Shown: positions 59,711-64,000 of the stretch, piece by piece
Layout of the letters: the number at the start of each line of letters is the position of its first letter
Numbering within the stretch: the stretch's first letter is position 1
Origin: Promethearchaeota archaeon
GTDB taxonomy: Archaea; Asgardarchaeota; Lokiarchaeia; Sigyniarchaeales; SOKP01
Length of the DNA stretch: 64,000 nt
NCBI GenBank assembly: GCA_016926735.1
Contig: JAFGOA010000071.1
Location: 10,064 to 74,063, forward strand
Direction: 5' to 3'
Notes under the pieces: generated by a model
Databases searched by the model: none
Seen by the model: only the letters and a program-made list of their open reading frames with translations
Told to the model about the DNA's origin: nothing
Position numbers and translations under genes: made by a program

Positions 59711-62581
59711 ATGGAATCTAAAGAATTAAACGCACATGTCTTGGAAGTTGAAAAAGTAGTAAAAGAAATTGATTCAAATATAGATTCTGGTCTTACTGAA
59801 AATGAGGTAGAAATACGACTTGAAAAATTTGGATTGAATGAGCTTATTCAAACAAAAAAAGTCTCTGCTATGGAGATTTTCATAGGACAATTCAAAGATT
59901 TTCTTGTATATCTTTTATTTTTTGCTATTGGTGTTTCATTAGCAGTAGGTTTTTATGAATTATCAAGAGGTCATAAGCCTACTGAATTTATGGATGCCTT
60001 AGTAATATTTATTATTCTTATTGTTAATGCTGTCTTAGGGTTCTATCAAGAATTTAAAGCAGAAAAAGCAGTAGAAAGTTTAAAAAAAATGGCTCCTCGA
60101 AATGCAAAAGTTAAACGTGGGGGAAAAATAAAAGAAATATCAGTTAGTCATGTTGTGCCAGGAGATATAATAAAGCTTGATGAAGGAGATAAAATCCCTG
60201 CTGATGCTCGATTGACAAAGGCATATTCTATGTATGTAGATGAAGCAATTCTTACTGGAGAGTCACAACCAGTCGAGAAGGATCTTAAACTCTATGAAGA
60301 AAAAACAATGTTAGCAGATCGAAAAAATATGGTCTATAGTAATACAATTATTACACGCGGAAATGGAGAGGCAATTGTTGTAAGAACTGGAATGAAAACT
60401 GAAGTAGGAAAGATTGCTGAAAAGATCCAAGAAGAAGAGCCTGAAAAAAGTCCTTTCCAAAAAGAAGTTGATCGATTTGGTAAATTACTTGGAATAATAA
60501 TTATGATTATTTGTGCTGTTGTTTTTATTTTCGAACTTATTGTAATTTTAGCTACAGAAGGAGTAGTATTTACGGATGAAGAAATAAATGAAATTGTTGA
60601 AGCATTAGCACTTGCGATAAGTCTCGCTGTTTCGGCAGTTCCAGAAGGATTAATTGTAGTTATTACAGTTGTAATGAGTATAGGAATGCGAAAAATGGCA
60701 GAAAGAAATGCTTTAGTGAAAACATTAACAGCTGTAGAGACTTTAGGGAGAGTAAATATCATTTGTTCTGATAAAACTGGAACATTAACTAAAAATGAAA
60801 TGACTGTTAAAAAAGTATTTCTCGGTGGAATAGAGTATGACGTAGAAGGAGTAGGATATGCTCTTCAAGGAAAAATGACAAATAATTCTGGAGAAATAGT
60901 TAAATATGAGGGAGATAATTATTTAACCAAATATTTAGAAGTCTGTCAATTATGTAATAATTCGATTGTTGCTTTAAAAGAAAATGATCCAATCAATACA
61001 GATGTAATAGGAGATCCTACTGAAATTTCATTGATGGTATTAGCTCAAAAAATGGGGTTGAATCCTAGAGCAGAAAAACTCGATGAAATACCATTTAATT
61101 CTGATCGAAAGATGATGTCTGTCGTTGTTAAAATAAATGGGGAAATATTTTCCCTTATTAAAGGTGCTCCAGATGTACTTATGAAAAATGCTGAAAAAGC
61201 ATTATATGATGGTACAATTAAACCTTTCTCAGAAGTGCAAGATAAATATATAGCTAAAAACACAGAATATGGAACAGGAGCATTACGTGTATTGGGGTTA
61301 GCTTATAAACCATTAAGAGAAAATTATCAGAAAGAGGAAATCGAAAAAGATTATATCTATCTTGGATTGGCAGGTATAATAGATCCTGCTCGAGATGAGG
61401 TAAAAGATTCTATTCAAGAAGCCAGAATGGCTGGTATTCGAACAATTATGATTACCGGAGACCATAAAATAACTGCCATCGCAATTGCAAAAGAGATAGG
61501 ATTAACAGATAGAGAAGATGCTATTTCTGGAGCAGAAATGGAACAAATGTCGGAAGAAGAGCTTATTCAAAGAGTTGAAAAAGTTGATGTATTTGCCAGA
61601 GTTACTTCTGAACACAAACTTCGGATCCTTAAAGCACTAAAATCTCAGGATTATGTTGTATCAATGACAGGTGATGGTGTTAATGATGCTCCAGCAGTTA
61701 AGGGTGCTAATGTTGGTGTTGCTATGGGTATAAAAGGAACTGAAGTCACTCAAGAAGCAGCAGATATGATCTTATTAGATGATGATTATTCCACTATTGT
61801 TAATGCTATTGAAGAAGGTAGAGGTATCTTTGAAACTACTAAAAGTTTCTTTAGATATATGCTTAGTGCTAATTTTGATGAAATAGTTATGGTGTTAGTG
61901 GCTTTTATTCTTATGAAAATAGCAGCTAATACATTCTTAGCTATTCCACTTCAACCAATCCAGATTTTATGGCTAAATATAGCAACAGATGGAATTCCAG
62001 CTATGGTACTTGGACTAACACCAACAGATCCTGACGTAATGAAATTTAAACCACGTAAGGGTTTCAATATGATTCATGATATAAAGAAAATGATAATATA
62101 TGCTGCTGTTATTGCATCAGTACTTGATGTTATGTTATATGTTATTACATGGTCAGTATTAATGCCAATGTTTACAGATCCTACTTCAATTTTATTTGAT
62201 CCTCGTTTAGTTGCTAATGAAGCAAAACAAATTGCTACTGCTCAAACAATTGTATTTACAAGTGTAGTATTTTTTGAATTATTCTTTGTCTTTGCTTGTA
62301 CTTCTTCCTATCGACCATTTTGGGAATTTAGAAATAAACATTTATTCTGGGCAACAGGACTTTCATTTACATTGCATATTTGTGTGTTATTCATACCCGG
62401 TTTGAATGATGCATTTCACGCGGTTCCTCTAGATAGGTGGTTTTATTGGGTACCTGTATTTTTAGGTTCATCAATATGGATCCTACCTGCTGAAGAAATA
62501 AGAAAGTATATAGCACGCAGGAAAATGCATAAAAGTGAAGCATTTCAAAACAGTCTTGTTTCATATCATAGAACTAACTAA
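59711..62581 (+). CDS. Cation-transporting P-type ATPase (P2A, Ca2+-like)
   Basis: TGES, PEGL, DKTGT, KGAP, TGD, GDGVND, 'QILWLN..TD'. Confidence 0.95.
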   Translation: MESKELNAHVLEVEKVVKEIDSNIDSGLTENEVEIRLEKFGLNELIQTKKVSAMEIFIGQFKDFLVYLLFFAIGVSLAVGFYELSRGHKPTEFMDALVIFIILIVNAVLGFYQEFKAEKAVESLKKMAPRNAKVKRGGKIKEISVSHVVPGDIIKLDEGDKIPADARLTKAYSMYVDEAILTGESQPVEKDLKLYEEKTMLADRKNMVYSNTIITRGNGEAIVVRTGMKTEVGKIAEKIQEEEPEKSPFQKEVDRFGKLLGIIIMIICAVVFIFELIVILATEGVVFTDEEINEIVEALALAISLAVSAVPEGLIVVITVVMSIGMRKMAERNALVKTLTAVETLGRVNIICSDKTGTLTKNEMTVKKVFLGGIEYDVEGVGYALQGKMTNNSGEIVKYEGDNYLTKYLEVCQLCNNSIVALKENDPINTDVIGDPTEISLMVLAQKMGLNPRAEKLDEIPFNSDRKMMSVVVKINGEIFSLIKGAPDVLMKNAEKALYDGTIKPFSEVQDKYIAKNTEYGTGALRVLGLAYKPLRENYQKEEIEKDYIYLGLAGIIDPARDEVKDSIQEARMAGIRTIMITGDHKITAIAIAKEIGLTDREDAISGAEMEQMSEEELIQRVEKVDVFARVTSEHKLRILKALKSQDYVVSMTGDGVNDAPAVKGANVGVAMGIKGTEVTQEAADMILLDDDYSTIVNAIEEGRGIFETTKSFFRYMLSANFDEIVMVLVAFILMKIAANTFLAIPLQPIQILWLNIATDGIPAMVLGLTPTDPDVMKFKPRKGFNMIHDIKKMIIYAAVIASVLDVMLYVITWSVLMPMFTDPTSILFDPRLVANEAKQIATAQTIVFTSVVFFELFFVFACTSSYRPFWEFRNKHLFWATGLSFTLHICVLFIPGLNDAFHAVPLDRWFYWVPVFLGSSIWILPAEEIRKYIARRKMHKSEAFQNSLVSYHRTN

Positions 62582-62655
62582 TATTAATTAATAATAATTT
62601 TTCTTTATTTTTTTCTTTTTAAATTTAGAGATTACAGAAATAGACTATTAGTTAT

Positions 62656-63738
62656 CTAAGATTCATCAAAAATCTTGAAGAAATGCCCAATTCCTATTAA
62701 TTTAAAGGTATCTATTACATTCTTATTATAAAGAGCAGAAGTTTCTATAAAGAAGCTTCTCAGATCTTCTGCTTTTTTCTTTCCTTCTTCTGTTGAAATC
62801 TGGCGTTTTCCATCCAAATCAAGTTTATTTCCAATAATAACAAACGGTATGTCTCCAAGTTCTTTTTTGGCATCTTTAAACCAAAAATCTATACTTTCAT
62901 CAAAAGTTTCCCTTCTTGTTATATCATAGACCACAAACACACAATTTGCACCAGTGTAATATTCATGTCTAACGCGCTTAAAAAATTCTTGTCCAGCATA
63001 ATCATATATTAGAAAATTAATAATTTCATCTTTAAATCCTTGAATACAATATTTTTGCATTGAAATATTCATTCCTATTGTAGGTCGATAATTGGTTGTT
63101 TGTTCTTTATTCAGAAAACTATTTACAAGAGTCGTTTTACCAACTGAAGCTGAACCAAGTATAATTAATTTAAAATTAACATCTACTTTTTTCTCTCTTG
63201 AAATATGATGTTTTAAAATAACATCTTCAGCCAATGGTTCTGATTCTTTAACTTTATATTTTTCTAAAAATAGGTCAAATTCTCGATAAATATTTAATTT
63301 TGGAATATCTAAGGAATTATATTTAACATCAAAACTCCCTTCAAGTATTTGGGCAATCTTTTCAACCACCAAATATGCAATTGGAAAAACTCTATTTAAA
63401 TCTGCTTTATAATTACAGACACATACCATTACTGCTTCCGGACCAGCTTCAAGAAATATAATGCGATGATCAGGAGTGTCAAATGACCCCGTACCAAAAT
63501 TTTTGATATCATATTGCATAGATATTCTTTTAAAAAGATTATCAACTAACCCAGATATAGCGCCATAGACTTCTTCCATATCTTTTTTATGATTACTATC
63601 TTGAGATAATTCATTTAATTCATATTTTGAAATTAATAGTCCCTCTCGATTATAGAGAAAAACCAATTCAACATCATACCCGGATTTAATAAAATTTTTT
63701 AATAATATTATGATATCTTGTTCTTTATTAACACTCAT
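62656..63738 (-). CDS. Roadblock/LC7-like domain fused to a Rab-like GTPase
   Basis: N-terminal 'LVFLYNREGLLIS...GAISG..'; C-terminal GSASVGKT, PTIG, DYAGQE, NKLD, ETSA. Confidence 0.85.
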   Translation of the reverse strand: MSVNKEQDIIILLKNFIKSGYDVELVFLYNREGLLISKYELNELSQDSNHKKDMEEVYGAISGLVDNLFKRISMQYDIKNFGTGSFDTPDHRIIFLEAGPEAVMVCVCNYKADLNRVFPIAYLVVEKIAQILEGSFDVKYNSLDIPKLNIYREFDLFLEKYKVKESEPLAEDVILKHHISREKKVDVNFKLIILGSASVGKTTLVNSFLNKEQTTNYRPTIGMNISMQKYCIQGFKDEIINFLIYDYAGQEFFKRVRHEYYTGANCVFVVYDITRRETFDESIDFWFKDAKKELGDIPFVIIGNKLDLDGKRQISTEEGKKKAEDLRSFFIETSALYNKNVIDTFKLIGIGHFFKIFDES

Positions 63739-64000
63739 GAAAATTCTTCGTTAAAATATTTGAATTTTAATATTATAATTTTTTATCTTTTATTCTTTAA
63801 ATAATAGAAAAGGTATTATTTAAATAATCAGTTTAAATAAGTCTGTTTTTGAAAAGATTAATTAATATTAATCTCTAATTTAAAAAATCAATTTTATCCG
63901 AACTTAATTTTTTTTTCAATATTTGCATCATTTTAAAATCAGAATTGAAATATTTTTTCCATAAAACTGAAATAATAAATAAAAAAAAAAATAATTATAA

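Overview
Very AT-rich archaeal chromosomal window, most consistent with an Asgard archaeon (Lokiarchaeia/Promethearchaeota). This assignment is inferred from gene content: an actin-family protein, a Rab-like GTPase, a roadblock-Rab fusion, longin-like domains, a JAMM protease, archaeal tRNA-splicing endonuclease, PINA and a COG1202-type helicase. About 50 CDS are present: housekeeping genes (pdxST, folD, purH, guaB, aconitase, P-type ATPase) interleaved with eukaryotic-signature-like proteins. I saw no rRNA, tRNA, CRISPR array or transposase. The most notable observations are: (1) an actin-related protein with substituted catalytic residues and a ~130-aa double zinc-ribbon insertion; (2) a 1195-aa receptor-like protein (CUB/Ig ectodomain, one TM helix, cytoplasmic longin-like domain) in the same window as a free longin, a Rab and a roadblock-Rab fusion; (3) a JAMM-TPR gene followed by a C2HC zinc-finger gene that probably starts at an ATT codon; (4) a tandem palindromic operator upstream of a ZIP/DtxR operon; (5) a candidate structured ncRNA near 47.2 kb; (6) several apparent pseudo-enzymes. 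All family calls come from reading motifs by eye; no searches were run.
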